A stretch of DNA of 53,549 nt from contig NC_068981.1 in assembly GCF_001194135.2 (NCBI RefSeq), positions 35,883,912 through 35,937,460 of the forward strand, written 5' to 3'. This stretch comes from Octopus bimaculoides (lineage: Eukaryota). Shown piece after piece: positions 1 through 12,660 of this stretch. A model generated the notes under the pieces. It was given only the letters and a program-made list of their open reading frames with translations. It made no database searches and was not told where the DNA came from. The translations under genes and the position numbers were made by a program. Every line of letters starts with the position of its first letter. The stretch's first letter is position 1.

Positions 1-150
1 ATAACTTAGCGGTTCAGCAAAAAGAGGCCGATAAAATAAGTACTAGGCTTCCAAAGAATAAGTCCTGGGGTCATTTAGCTCGACTAAAGGTGGTGCTCCA
101 GCATGGCCACAGTCAAATGACTGAAACAAGTAAAAGTGAAAAGAGATAAA
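1..150 (+). mobile_element. 3' half of SINE family D/A (cut by window start)
   Basis: TAACTTAGCGGTTC..AATAAGTACTAGGCTT..GTCCTGGGGTCA..CTCCAGCATG..CAGTCAAATGACTGAAACAAG matches 38270-38405 and the reverse complement of 13945-14090. Confidence 0.85.
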
Positions 151-152
<2 letters not shown>

Positions 153-199
<47 letters not shown>

Positions 200-220
200 T
201 ATATATACATATACATATAT
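153..220. repeat. (TA)n/(CA)n microsatellite
   Basis: Directly visible. Confidence 0.95.
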
Positions 221-249
221 GAATTTGTTCATCCATATATTTTACATTC

Positions 250-365
250 CCTGTTCCACGCTGGAATAGGCTGGATGAAGATATACTGAGCCACTATTTT
301 ACAGTTGGAAGCTTTCTTGTTGCCAAACCTTATCTATTTTTCAAGTAAGGGATTTTTTTCATTCC
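250..365 (-). mobile_element. Degraded RTE-tail SINE remnant
   Basis: TTCCACGCTGGAATAGGCTGGATG..TTTTACAGTTGGAAGCTTTCTTGTTGCCAA resembles the minus-strand tails at 13730-13860 and 39945-40100. Confidence 0.4.
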
Positions 366-471
366 ACTGGTCTTCATAACTACAGAGCTACAGGTCATAT
401 TGTTTACATCAAATGACATCATCATTTTGCTTAAGTGGTACCATGCAAGAACATGTGGAATTTAAACATTC

Positions 472-487
472 CAGCACACACACACAC

Positions 488-523
<36 letters not shown>

Positions 524-545
524 ATACACTACACATTCATAAATG
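472..545. repeat. (CA)n/(TACA)n microsatellite
   Basis: Directly visible; source of the spurious ORFs 413-709 and 431-676. Confidence 0.95.
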
Positions 546-1702
546 TGTGTGTGGGTGTGCATCTGTGTGTTTGTCTCCATGTGTTCATTGATACTGCTTG
601 GGCAGTGGTGACATTTATTTATGCCCTGTCTAAACAAGTTCCATTGCTCAGTGATATAACATGTATACAGACTCACATGTCAGCTCCTGTGTATGGGGAT
701 GATATTTGAGTAGATGTTCCATGTATTCTAATATCTTACATATGCATATATGAATCTCAATTATTGTTTTTGTCATGTCATAGTCTTTAATTTCACACCC
801 ATTCACCCACTCTGCACCTTGAAAAAATAACAATAGCTTTTTGCAAAATAGAAAAACATATATGTCTTTGGGCTGGCTAATAATACAACCAATGACCAAA
901 TTTTTCTCTTTTTTGCTGTTTCTCTCACATATCTGCAATACCCATTTATACATTGCTCTCTCTATTTCACTCTTTTATGCATATATATATACATATACAC
1001 TCTATTTTCACATACATAAGATACAAAGCAAAAGTAACATACATAAATAAAATGTCAAAGGATTAAACTAAGAAAGAGTCAAAAGAACTTAGTTAAATCC
1101 GAGCTTTGTAACGGTAAACACAGCTTTTCTTTTTTACTTTCAGGTTAGTAAAGCTGAGTTGAAGACGTCTTTACTGAGTCAGCAGCTTAGGTGTGATGAT
1201 TCAAACTGGCATTCAACTATGATGGATTCCTCTGCACGTTGGAGAATCTTTACAAATATGCTTTAGAAGCCATCAATAACTAGAGACTGAATAAATTCAT
1301 AGTGATGCAATAAGCAGGTTAAGTAAATATGCTCTTCTTCTTCTTGTTTCCCTCCACCAGGAACAATCTCATGCAAGTAAATTTCCTATAGACTGTTATG
1401 AGAGGCTCCAAATAGACATACATCAAAACTGGCACCCTCACCAACATCATCATCCTTGTCATCATCATGATGCTCCCACTGCTGCTGCCTCTGATGCTGC
1501 CTTTGATGCTATCATCCCTGCTGCTACCACTGCTGCTGTCACTAATGCCATCTTCACCCCCTCTCCAGCAGTACCAGCTTTACTTAGCTTTTCCTAGCTA
1601 GCATAATTGAGATTGGAACAAAGCAGATTCCACATTCCTTTGTTAACTCTCCAATACATGCATACTGGTGCAACTACTCCCTTGGTTCTCTATGAATTGT
1701 AA

Positions 1703-2112
1703 ACATGACTGTTTGATTAAGAAGTTTGCTTCTTAGCCACAATGGTTTTGGGTGCAGTTCCACTGCATGGCACCTCATACAACTGACATCAACTATAGCT
1801 GTGGGCTGACCAAAGTCTTGTGAATGGATTTGGTACATGGATACTAGAAGAGGCCTGTTGTACATATGTATATGTGTAAGTGTGAGTATATGTTTGTGCT
1901 CACTGTATGTATATGAGCGTCACTGTTATACAAGCAGTGTCATTCGTGTCCAGTATTCCATGAGAATATGTCTTCCCATGGGAAAATACTACCTTGCATG
2001 TAGGTTAGTAACAGAAAGGGCATCTAGCTGTAGAAAATCTGTTTCTGTAAACTCTGTTTCAACCATGTAAGCATGGAAAAGTGGATGTTAAAATAGTGAT
2101 GATGAAGATGAT
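1703..2112 (+). mobile_element. tRNA-derived SINE: family D head plus RTE-type tail ending in (GAT)n
   Basis: Head (CCACAATGGTTTTGGGTGCAGTTCCACTGCATGGCACC..GACCAAAGTCTTGTGAATGGATTTGGTA) matches the reverse complement of 14150-14318; tail (AAGGGCATCTAGCTGTAGAAA..AGCATGGAAAAGTGGATGTTAAA..GATGAT) matches 24650-24800 and 26840-26995. Confidence 0.75.
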
Positions 2113-2589
2113 TATACATTTATACACGATGACTGTTCCATCTTCACAGTTAATTACAATCTTCTTGTGCTTCCTTGTTGGCAATGGCACTTCCGATTTT
2201 CCACCCATGACTTCTCAGATAACTATTCAGCCCTGTTGAGTGTGGAAGTACCTCTCAAGCACTATTATTCCCAGGTACACTCTGACCTGGAGTAGTAGCA
2301 CCTGTCACGATCTCAGCTATGGGTTAACACATGTGATGACAATCCGCTTGAGTGCAAGGACACAGAAATACCCTTGGTTGGTGTTAGGGTGTGTAAAACC
2401 ACCGAGAGTTTAGAGTCCCTAGCTTTTGACACAGTATCCTTCTAGGAGACACTCTGATGTAAACCCACAGTTTCACATGGTTACACACACACACACACAC
2501 ACACTATATACATCCATATATACAAACACATAATTCGAGAGATAAATGAGGTGTTTTGATGCTTAAGTTTCTCATACATATCTCCAATG

Positions 2590-2795
2590 TCATCATCATC
2601 CTTTAATGTCCATCTTCCATGCTGTTATAGGCTGGACAGTTTGGCTGGACAGACAAGAACTGGCAAGCTGGAGAGCTGCACCACACTCCATAGTTTATTT
2701 TAGCAAGGTTTCTACAACAGGATGCCCTTCCTACTGCCAGCCATTTTACAGAGTGTACTGTGTGCTTTTTATGTGGCACCAACACCATCAGGGTT
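2590..2795 (-). mobile_element. RTE-tail SINE / RTE 3' UTR fragment
   Basis: CATCATCATC..TTAATGTCCATCTTCCATGCTG..GGATGCCCTTCCTACTGCCAGCC..GTGCTTTTTATGTGGCACC is the reverse complement of the tail at 26810-26995. Confidence 0.8.
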
Positions 2796-2934
2796 GCCAA
2801 ATAACTTGCAAGACAAAAACCTCCCAGCTGGGAGGAGGAGTGAAACTAAAAGAGGTGGTTGTGTGCCTGATAAGAGGTTAGAGTACAATAAAAGGATAGA
2901 GATAGATGTCTTACTATAGAGGAGATACTTAGCT

Positions 2935-3360
2935 ACTTCAGCAGGGAAAAAAAGGATAGGAAGGAACAGAGTGCAAGAGAGAGAGAGTGTGTGAGTGAAT
3001 GAGAGAAAGAGAGAGAGGGAGCAAGATAGATAGATAGAGATAGAGAGAGAGGGGGGGAGAGAGAGAAAGAAATAGATTATGTTGAAGATGTATTGGGACC
3101 TATTCACATGGAACAGTGGAGGAAGTATCAGCAGTACAGAGGGGAAAGATGGGAAGGTTCCATAAGAGTGTGCTGGGAGATGTTTAGAGCTGGGGAAGAG
3201 GTAACTGTAGCAAGTGATGATGAGAAAAATTGGAGTGGCTGGGAGGTGGTGTATGGTAAATATATGAAGATATAAAGAGTGTACAGATAGGCATGTGAGA
3301 AAGAGTGGAGGACCTGCATTGGGGTGATAATAGGTGGTGGGATGTGTGGGTGCTGGGAAG
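2935..3360 (+). repeat. Purine-rich (GA/AG, then G-rich) low-complexity tract
   Basis: Strong purine bias on + strand; explains the 278-aa minus-strand ORF. Confidence 0.8.
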
Positions 3361-3527
3361 ATAGCTTGTGAATATATATATGTATTTTTATAGGAACATA
3401 TGATGTGTGTATTTTGTAAGGGGTAGCTAAGGTATCTAAGAATTAGCAACTGAAGGGGTATCCAGCCATAAGGCATTGCTACAAAAAAGTCATCCAACGT
3501 ATGATTACACACACACACGCACGCATG

Positions 3528-3559
<32 letters not shown>

Positions 3560-3701
3560 TAAAAATAAACAAAAAATGGAACAAGAATATAACAGGCAAC
3601 AACAAAGCATCTGGACAGTTAGACGATACAAAAAAGGAAGGGTTATTTAGAGCTTCCTATCCTCAGTCAAGTTCCAGATCATCCTTGCAGTTTCCGCTGG
3701 T

Positions 3702-3739
<38 letters not shown>

Positions 3740-4924
3740 TATTATATGTATGTATGTATACACAAATACACATACTCATAAATGAATTAGCTCATGGAAG
3801 TTAAACTTGCATAAAAGATAGAGAACTAAATCAGTGTCATACCATTACATGCTCTGAATGTATATACGTGTGCATGCAAATGTGTAATGCAGTATATTTT
3901 CAGCCAACCAAGTATGAAAATTGTGTTCAATTTATTTAGCACTTATTATTCAAATATACAAAAGAGTCTCTTTCTCTCTCTCTTTATGGAAATGTTTTAA
4001 TGGATACATTACAAAATATATAATTCCTTTTACTACCTGTGCTGCAGGTAGATTTTTTTACTATGCTATGTACAACATGCAACTTTGCTTTCTGACAAAG
4101 GCTGTATTTTGTACAAGTACCATGTATAGCTATTTTATTTCATTTCTCACTCTTCCAAACTGTTTGAAGAATACATAAAATAAATGAAATAAATATACAT
4201 CACTAAACACTGTCTCATCTCTTCCATCAAAGCTAATATTAGGAAGAAGCCAAGCTACTGGGTAAACAAATCTACCTAATTACATATGTTTAATTGTATT
4301 TATGTTGTCAGTATGTTATGTAACATCAACAAGCAAGGCAAACAAGCTGAAGGTCAATTATAAGTTTGGTACTTGGGCAAATGGATTCGGATCTGTTATC
4401 AGTAGATATAGAAATGAAGGGTGGCATCTAACATAAGGCCACTATTAATCAATTAATATGGTAACTACTCTGTAAATTATCCTCTGTGCTTCTGCAATAA
4501 TAAATTAAGGAATTCAATATTGATTCACCATCCCTGACCATAGATTAATAAATTAAATAACTGATTAAAAAATTAAATAACTGAAATGTCTAGAAAACTG
4601 CTTGATTCATTATTGTCTTTCTATGCTTCAGAACCTTTTCAGTTACATTTCAACAGAATTCTTACAGTGTATTCACATGTGATATCTTCAAATTATTGTA
4701 CCAAAATATTGCCCACACAACACGTCACTATATTACTCTATCCTTTAATATGCTATACCACACCATACTCTAATGCACTACAGCTTACTATACCACAATG
4801 CACTAAACTGAACTATACAATATCACACTAAGAGTGGTTTCCCATAGTTCATGGCCTAAAATAGCTGATTCCTGGAGAGGGACGGAGGGGGGAGAGAGAG
4901 AGAGAGAAAGAAGAATAGACCTCA

Positions 4925-5075
4925 GTTCTTGATTAGTACTTCATTTAATGACTCTGGAAAGATGAAAGGCAAAGTTGACCTTGGCAGGAATTGAACTCAG
5001 AGTGTAGTGAGTTGGAACAATTACTGCAAGGCATCTAATCCGATACTCCAATAACAGTGTCATTTCACTGCCTTA
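4925..5075 (-). mobile_element. SINE family B (GGTGGTGAGCTGGCAGAA head), degraded
   Basis: AGTACTTCATTTAATGACTCTGGAAAGATGAAAGGCAAAGTTGACC..AATTGAACTCAGAG matches the reverse complement of 44928-45100. Confidence 0.75.
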
Positions 5076-5418
5076 GTGAATACATACATACATACATACA
5101 TACATGCATGCATGCATAGCTACATACATACATACATACATACATACATACAAACATACATACACGTTCTGTTCTTCCTACTATAACTGTTGTGGCTTTT
5201 GTGTTTTTATTTTCCCTTCTAATTTAATTGTTGTGGTTGTTGGCATCATCCCTGTCGTACCTCTCATAATCTTTGCTACATTTAATAATAAAACTACTTA
5301 ATATTTTTATTGCTATTCTTGCTGTTGAAACAACCTCCTGTTACCACTGTTACTATCACTACTACTATTCATGCTACCATTGTTGTTGCTGATCCCTCTC
5401 ACTATGACTGCCTTTGTG

Positions 5419-5419
5419 T

Positions 5420-5473
<54 letters not shown>

Positions 5474-5510
5474 CACTACTACTACCACTACTACTACTAC
5501 TACTACTATA
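5419..5510. repeat. (ACT)n trinucleotide microsatellite with ACC interruptions
   Basis: Directly visible; source of the poly-Thr ORF. Confidence 0.95.
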
Positions 5511-5785
5511 GTTGTTCCTGCAGCTGTTTACTGTAACCTCTTCTAATTTGCCATCCCCTATCTCATATAATGGTGGAATTATGTTTGCTGATAATAAATC
5601 CCTGCAGTGTTTTTACATTGGCAAATACAACTCCTACTTGTAACTTGGTCCTCATATGCAAAAAATCAGCCAATAAGTGCACACATTTTACCATTTTGTC
5701 ACGATCTGCAAATCCTAATGCTATATCCATCCACCTTTTCCTTCTTTTCTATTCCAAGGTGTTTTTCACCATATATATATATATA

Positions 5786-5889
5786 NNNNNNNNNNNNNNN
5801 NNNNNNNNNNNNNNNNNNNNNNNNNNNNNNNNNNNNNNNNNNNNNNNNNNNNNNNNNNNNNNNNNNNNNNNNNNNNNNNNNNNNNNNNN
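5786..5889. other. Assembly gap (N run) within (TA)n
   Basis: Run of N. Confidence 1.
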
Positions 5890-5913
5890 TAATATATATA
5901 TATATATATATTA

Positions 5914-5948
<35 letters not shown>

Positions 5949-7311
5949 TGCATGTATGTATGTGTTACCACCGTCTTAATATTTTATCACAGTCTTTATT
6001 AATATAATATTGCTATTGTATTATGTGAGTTTATAAATTCCAACATTGTAATGTACACCCTTTCTGTTTTCGTAATTTGTCCTTGTAATGTACACTCATC
6101 CATTACTCTTGTGGCAAATACGAGAAATTATTAGTATTATTATGAACAATATTATTACTATTATTATTATGTTTGTGCGTATGTGTATGTGGTTGTTTAC
6201 ATATCACTTCTTAATATTATTGTTATTAATATTTTGATAGTTTCCCTCCAATTTTCTCTATGTAAGTAGCTATGAGCTTAAAATTAAATCTATCAGCACA
6301 ACCAATTTCAGCATTAATGCATTGCATATAATATAATGATATGTTTTACAAAATTAGTTTTGCCTATTCATTTTATTCCATATATGTAAATATATGTATG
6401 TATGTTTATATATATATACATTCATTTGTTTTTGTGAATTTTCTTCATATACATTTGCATATTTCAGTTTATTGCCTCAGTGAAATATTAAACATTGGCA
6501 ATAACTCTCACTGCAAGGTAATAATTTCTGTGTGTGGAATTGGAACATATTAGTCAGATTGCTGCAAAAATATTCCACCAATATTGCTATATTTCCAGTG
6601 AGTCTTATTTACAAGAGTTTAGATAGCATAACATATGAGAGATATCAGAGAAAAAACATGTGTACCATTTTGGTTCATTATACAAAACTGTTATGAGAAA
6701 TTGCTGAACCAGAAATAAAAACATAAAAAATACAACAAGCAACAAAAAATAAATTTGTATGTTCTGTCCAAAACAAAAAAAAATAAATAAATAAATAGAA
6801 TAAAATAAAAAGTAAATTCATAAATATACAAATAAGAAAAAAAATCAATTTTGTTAAAAGAATTATGGGATATTCCCATAGGCTGTTTGTATGTTATGTT
6901 GCAAGCATTATTAATTGCAAAAAGTATTTGTAAAGGTCATCTGTCAAACACAAAACACATTTTGAATAAAAATGCAGAAAATTTAACAAAAGTTATTTCA
7001 AACAACTTCTTCAAATATGATTTTCTTTCTTTTTCTGTGGACATGTGTGTATTTTTGTATGTGAGCATGTGTGTGTGAAGACTGGGCTGGAGGTATGCAG
7101 TAGTGCAATGAACTACAGTTGATAGTTTTAAAATTTAACTTATCAATAGGTTCTTGCAACATCTGCAGAATTTTCTGGGAATGAATGTTTGTTTTGGAGA
7201 AATATGCTGTTAGAATAATACAACATGGACATTGTGCATACAAATCTAAATGAGTAGTGATGTCATCATAGGAAGAGATACAGTGATATATTTGCATAGA
7301 TGTATTTATGC

Positions 7312-7364
<53 letters not shown>

Positions 7365-7374
7365 NNNNNNNNNN
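7365..7374. other. Assembly gap (10 N) within TA/CA microsatellite
   Basis: Run of N. Confidence 1.
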
Positions 7375-7774
7375 ATATACATGCACACACACACACACAC
7401 AGATACACACATACATAGATATATACATACACACATTCATGTGCAGGTATTATTATATAAATATTCATGTACAAAGAAATTAAGGAGAAATACACATATA
7501 TATTATATTATGTACATACATATGTATATATGCATATACACACACACATATACATATACACACACATATATATATACATACATATATACATATAAGTATA
7601 TATACATATATATCATCATCATCTTGTGTTTTAAATCTGGGTTTTATCCCTGTTAACAGGGGTGGCCAGATCTACTTCAATGCCATAGCAACTGCCCTCA
7701 TACCATCTCACCATATATGTATATATACAAACATATATATACAAATATATATATTACATATACATATATGATGT

Positions 7775-8016
7775 GGAGGTGTGTGGCTTAGTGGTTAGGG
7801 TGTCAGCATCATGATCGTAAGATTGTGGTTTCGATTCCTGGACCGGCGATGAGTTGTGTTCTTGAGCAAAACACTTCATTTCACATTGGCAAAAATGAGT
7901 AACACTGCGATGGACTGGTGTCCCATCCAACTGGGGAACACATACACCATTGAAACTGGGAAACCGGGCCCATGAGCCTGGCTAGGTTTTAAAAGGGCGC
8001 ATTTATTTATTATTAT
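7775..8016 (+). mobile_element. tRNA-derived SINE (family C-type head), (TTA)-like tail
   Basis: A-box TGGCTTAGTGG, B-box GGTTTCGATTCC, then TTGTGTTCTTGAGCAAAACACTTCATTTCAC shared with 28726-28840. Confidence 0.8.
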
Positions 8017-8330
8017 ACATATATAATATATACATATATTTATTTATATATACAAACATATATATATATATGTACACACATATAAATAAGTATGTTTATA
8101 CATACAGATGTATACGAACATACATATATATGTATACACACACACACACATATATACATACATATACATATAAGAGTATACACACACATAAATATATATG
8201 TATTTACACAAATGCTTGCTTATTACTATTTATTTCAAATCTCAAATATTTACTTAGTTGTTAACTACTTTTCATACTCTAGGGTTATGTTAAATAGCAG
8301 TGTAGAGATACAGTACAAATGTTCTTTCAG

Positions 8331-8412
8331 ACTTCTAGAAAATAGAAAACATACCAGTCTTTCTCACAGTATATGGCAATTTAAAGATGTCAGCATCATA
8401 AAGTTTACTGAA
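8331..8412 (+). CDS. Candidate internal exon, unknown product (LLENRKHTSLSHSIWQFKDVSIIKFTE)
   Basis: gttctttcag acceptor, GAA|gtatga donor, only one open frame; could be chance. Confidence 0.15.
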
Positions 8413-9254
8413 GTATGATCAGTGGTGGAATTTGCCAAACTTTATTCTGGATGATCTCATTCATGTTATTTAAGTGTAAGTGAAAAATTCATTTTGATAT
8501 CTCCTCCCAACAAGCAGGATTCAATAAAATAGCTAATTTCAAAATGCCATTGCCAAAACAAGTCTATGTTATGAATTTACCAAACCATATTCTGGAGCAT
8601 TTGGATCATTCTGTTTGTTGCTGCTGTGAAATGTTCTTATTTTTGATGTTTCTCATCAGCTTGTCGAAATAAAGAAATTAACTAGTTTCTAAATGCCATC
8701 ACTGAAACAAGATTATCTTGAACTTTATTCTACCTATAGACTAATTATACTAAAATTTCAAGGAAGGAATTTCCAGGGAATTTCTCTTGGAAATTCACAA
8801 AGTACTAAAGTATTCACTGAATATTTAAAGATTTTCTCTATAACATGTATTTTGTGCAAAAGGCTTTCTAGTAACTAAGTACTGTTCAAAGGTATTCTGC
8901 AGAAGAGTAAAAAACTATGAGTAAACTCTTAGTAGTTTCATCTTCTTTTCCTTTTTTCTTTTTGATATTGGCAAAAGAATTTTAATCTATCTCTGAATTT
9001 TTTGCTTTATTTAATTGTATTATATTTATTTAAACAATGCTCAGGTATTTTTCCTTTATGCCTCCTGCTCCTCCTTTCTGTTTGAATGCTATCAGCCTTA
9101 GTCAGTCATAACATCATCCACACATCCCTTGCATTATCTAAACCACACCCTTTCTTATGCGCTTTCACACTCCCCCTTTAATAAGGGTTATTGTATCTAC
9201 TGTTATACAGCAATAAACACACTAATCTCAACTCACTGTATTTTATATATGAGA

Positions 9255-9460
9255 CTATATCATGTGATCACAGAATACCAAAAGTGTAGGTTATACAAGG
9301 CTGGATATATCATAAGGCTCACAGATTGGAAGAAATCACTCAGAAGACCTACAAGAGGATGGCATAGTCAAAGAATTGAGGCCAAAATGCAAGTGAAAGG
9401 GGCAATCAAGGGATGAATGGAAGTGCATCATAACCAGCACTGTACAAGGACATCTGATAG
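9255..9460 (+). mobile_element. Degraded LINE (RTE-like) 3' coding end
   Basis: Translates to ITEYQKCRLYKAGYIIRLTD..KKSLRRPTRGW..RDEWKCII, resembling the RTE C-terminal RRLRWAGHVxRM..GRPxxRW..DRxxWR pattern. Confidence 0.5.
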
Positions 9461-9477
9461 TTTATCACTAGAGCTAC

Positions 9478-9481
9478 ATAC

Positions 9482-9538
<57 letters not shown>
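9478..9538. repeat. (TACA)n(TA)n microsatellite
   Basis: Directly visible. Confidence 0.95.
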
Positions 9539-9540
<2 letters not shown>

Positions 9541-11299
9541 CATGTGTGTGTCTGTGTGCATAGATATGTGTATGTAAAATATTTATGTATAGATATGTAT
9601 TTATATGTATGAATCTCTTTCTCTCTTTCTTATAAATATAACAAAAGAAAATGTAAGATGCATGCTACTTAGATGTTTGGTAAAGAATACAAACACGAAG
9701 ATAATTTAATTTATGTTACAATTTATCCTGTTATTGAATTGCTATAGATAAAATTATTATTACAAATTAGATTTTTTTTCTTTATCATACTGTGTTTTAC
9801 ATTTCTCTTTTTTTCTTGTCTACAATGTTGCTGCTTAATTTCTTTGGCACCATATTTAAGCTACTATCGCATGGAATGTCTGCCAATGATGCATTATTTG
9901 TGAAGTATATATTAAGTCATCATATGAATTACATATCAAACTTTACTTACAGTTATTTACTTTTAATGTAAGAAGAATTTCAATGATGGATGAGTTGGTA
10001 ACAATAAGTAGATAAAAAACAAAAAACATAAAACAAAATAATATCAATTAATTTGTTTTACAGTAAATCAATTCTATTTTAATATTCTTTCTTTTCTCTT
10101 ATTGCAGTAAAAACATTTTTGATATAATAGTAATGGCCTCAAAGCCTCTGCATCTATCATAAAATCATATGTAAATTTCTTGTATTATGAACTGGTGACT
10201 TGTTTCTAAAGTTGTGGTTTGTCTCCTTCCTTAGCCTTTCACTGGAACCATATTATTGTAACTTATACAAAATCTTTTGCAAGATTATTTTTCTGATTCG
10301 CAACAAATTTCTTTGTTTACTCATATGTGGCACTAAGGAATAAAAATAAAGAATAAATAAAAGAATGAAGAGTGTCTAAGCTGAATATGAACAACTGGAA
10401 AACAATATTATTCTTAGTTTTGCCGGGATGCCTTTGTGTTTTTGTGTGATTCACATCATTATCAGAACGAATATGATTACAGATGACAGTACGGTCAGTT
10501 GATGCCTGTGAAATCCTGTTAGTTCAGATAATCTCTCTAGCTTTCTTGAAGCTAAGCACCTTTGACGAGAGATTTAATTCTTGCCAAAGATAGAGACAGA
10601 GTACACAAGTATCTTTGAAATGAATCACAAAGAATGAAACATATAATGAATGGAAGTTTGAAGAGACAAATGATGATGATGATGTTGATAATGATGATGA
10701 TGATGATAATATGACAATAGGACAGTTGATTATTTGTAAAAGGAGGGAGTGAAGTGGTTTGTTCAGAAGAATGGTAGTTAGCAAAAAAGATTTGGGGATT
10801 TAAATAAGCTAATTTAAGGAAGAAATATTTGGAGCAGAGACAGCATTTGTCAGCAGAGAAATAATGAAAAGCGCCAAAAAATAGATAAATAAATAAAAAA
10901 TAAAAAATAAAAGAAAAGAAAGAATAATTCAATGAGCGAATGAATTTTAATTATAGTTTGAAATAAGGCTTCTGTTTTTGTTAAATTATTTTGTATGTAT
11001 TTTGGAATTTTAAAAAAAAATCAAATGATTTTAAAGATATTTTACTTAGAATACTTACAATGCCGAGATAACCACAGACAAAGTGAAAACATCAATGATA
11101 ATTAATATCACAGTTTTAGATGTTCAGTCATCTATTTTTTATACTGTTAAGAAGCTGCTGGGCAGAGATTAGTCAGCAACAACTCTGCCAACAGTATCAG
11201 CAATGACATCGAAACAAGGTACATGCCAATGAATGGATATTTATGTGATCACTCACCATGCTAGAAATGGAAAGACAGTCTCCTAAAATAATGAAGGAC

Positions 11300-11700
11300 A
11301 CATAAGATAATGGATAGACGACGATGAACTGTATCTCAGATAAAGGCTGGCGTAGTCAGGGTACCAATATCTTGCATCATATGTTTTCTCAAACTGTTTG
11401 GTTAATAAAACAGTTCCTCTATTTTTATTCCGAGCATCCAAGACAAATAAAGGAAGAAAGATATCCTCAAACAGGAGACCTAGTTTGGAAGCTAACAACA
11501 GAATGAACTCTGCTAAATATATCCAAGGACCAGGTGGAGGTATTAAACCAGACAACAGCTTAAATCTACAACCCAAGAATTTATAGCTCAAAGAGCTGGG
11601 AGCCAAAATTCTAAAGCATCCTACTTGACATGCTAACAATTCTGCTAATTCACTATCCTTGGCAGTAATATATTTTATCAATCTTGAAAGTATGAAAGGT
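11300..11700 (+). mobile_element. Possible highly degraded LINE RT relic
   Basis: Across frameshifts reads QIKAGVV(Q)G..YLASYVFSNCL, resembling the RT motif AGVLQGDTLAPYLFIICL; no intact YADD. Confidence 0.35.
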
Positions 11701-11779
11701 AGAAATAAAAAACAATATCTAAAGGAAAATCAATGTAGCTGAAACAATAAATTTCTAAAGAATAAGTTTCTATAATTAA

Positions 11780-12290
11780 GACATATGAATCCAATCTGAC
11801 TCTGGGGTATTACTGGTATTTGTTTTTATCCCAAGAAGAATGCAAAGCATATTTCACTCCATTCCAAAAATCCACATCATTTCAACAATAATAACAATAA
11901 TGTTAAATTGCTTTTCTCTTTGGTAGCAGAAAGAGGTTGATTTAATGGAACTGAATCACAACAACACTTTTAGAACTCACTTTATTGATCCCATAGGAAT
12001 GGAATGCAAAGTTGATCCTGGCAGATCTTGAATTCTAAAGTGAAAGGAACTTAACTTGATATCATAAACAATCTAATCCAGTTCCCCATTGCATGCAGTA
12101 ATAATGATAACAACAACAACAATGATGACAACAACAACAAAAACAAGAGCAACAGCAGCAACACCACCAACAACAATAATAATTTATAACACTGGCACAA
12201 GGCTACAAAACTGTTTGAGAGAGATATGGTAAATGGCATAAACCCCAGTGAATATCTTGTACTTGTTTTATCAACTCTGGCAAGATCTTC
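11780..12290 (-). mobile_element. Cluster of about three degraded family B SINE remnants separated by (AAC)n/(AAT)n
   Basis: Blocks at ~11780-11840, ~11920-12050 and ~12175-12290 resemble 23460-23640 (e.g. GGCACAAGGC..ACCCCAGTG..GTACTTGTTTTATC). Confidence 0.5.
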
Positions 12291-12297
12291 ATCAATA

Positions 12298-12342
<45 letters not shown>

Positions 12343-12399
12343 TCATACATACATGCATACACACATATATATATGTTGTGTGTGTGTATGTGTATGTAT

Positions 12400-12660
12400 G
12401 GCTGTTTGATGTTCAGTTTTCCATCTACCAATCCCACCCACAAGATATTAGTTGGCCTGAGGTTGATTTGAAAAGTCAGATTACTGCTGCAAAGTAGTTA
12501 ACCAAAGGAAGGGTGTCCAACTGCAGAGGACATGCAAAAAATGAAACTTGTGAGTGAGACATGATACTGATCCATCCAAGAAGGTAGAAACTCTGATTTC
12601 TATGATGATTAATCCAACCCATGCCAACTGGAATGGGAATGCAAGGTTATGATGATGATT
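12400..12660. mobile_element. Family D head remnant (minus, 12400-12465) plus RTE-tail remnant (plus, 12500-12660)
   Basis: TTCAGTTTTCCATCTACCAATCCCACCCACAAG matches 14165-14200; AATCCAACCCATGCCAACTGGAA..TGATGATGAT matches the RTE tail. Confidence 0.55.

Noticed and set aside
1192-1290. C/D box snoRNA (GTGATGA..CTGA)
   Set aside because: No terminal stem, poorly placed C'/D' boxes and no rRNA complementarity I could recognise
2769-3605. 278-aa minus-strand ORF
   Set aside because: Reverse complement of a purine tract plus (CA)n; low-complexity L/S/F/P content
7775-7850. tRNA gene (also heads at 14318, 28306, 28726, 44928)
   Set aside because: A/B boxes present but no cloverleaf or terminator; they continue into SINE bodies
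8648-8659. Minus-strand CTGATGAGAAAC as a hammerhead
   Set aside because: No stem II between the core boxes and no stems I/III
11283-11681. 132-aa minus-strand ORF as a gene
   Set aside because: No recognisable domain; the opposite strand has RT-like motifs, so antisense openness is the simpler explanation
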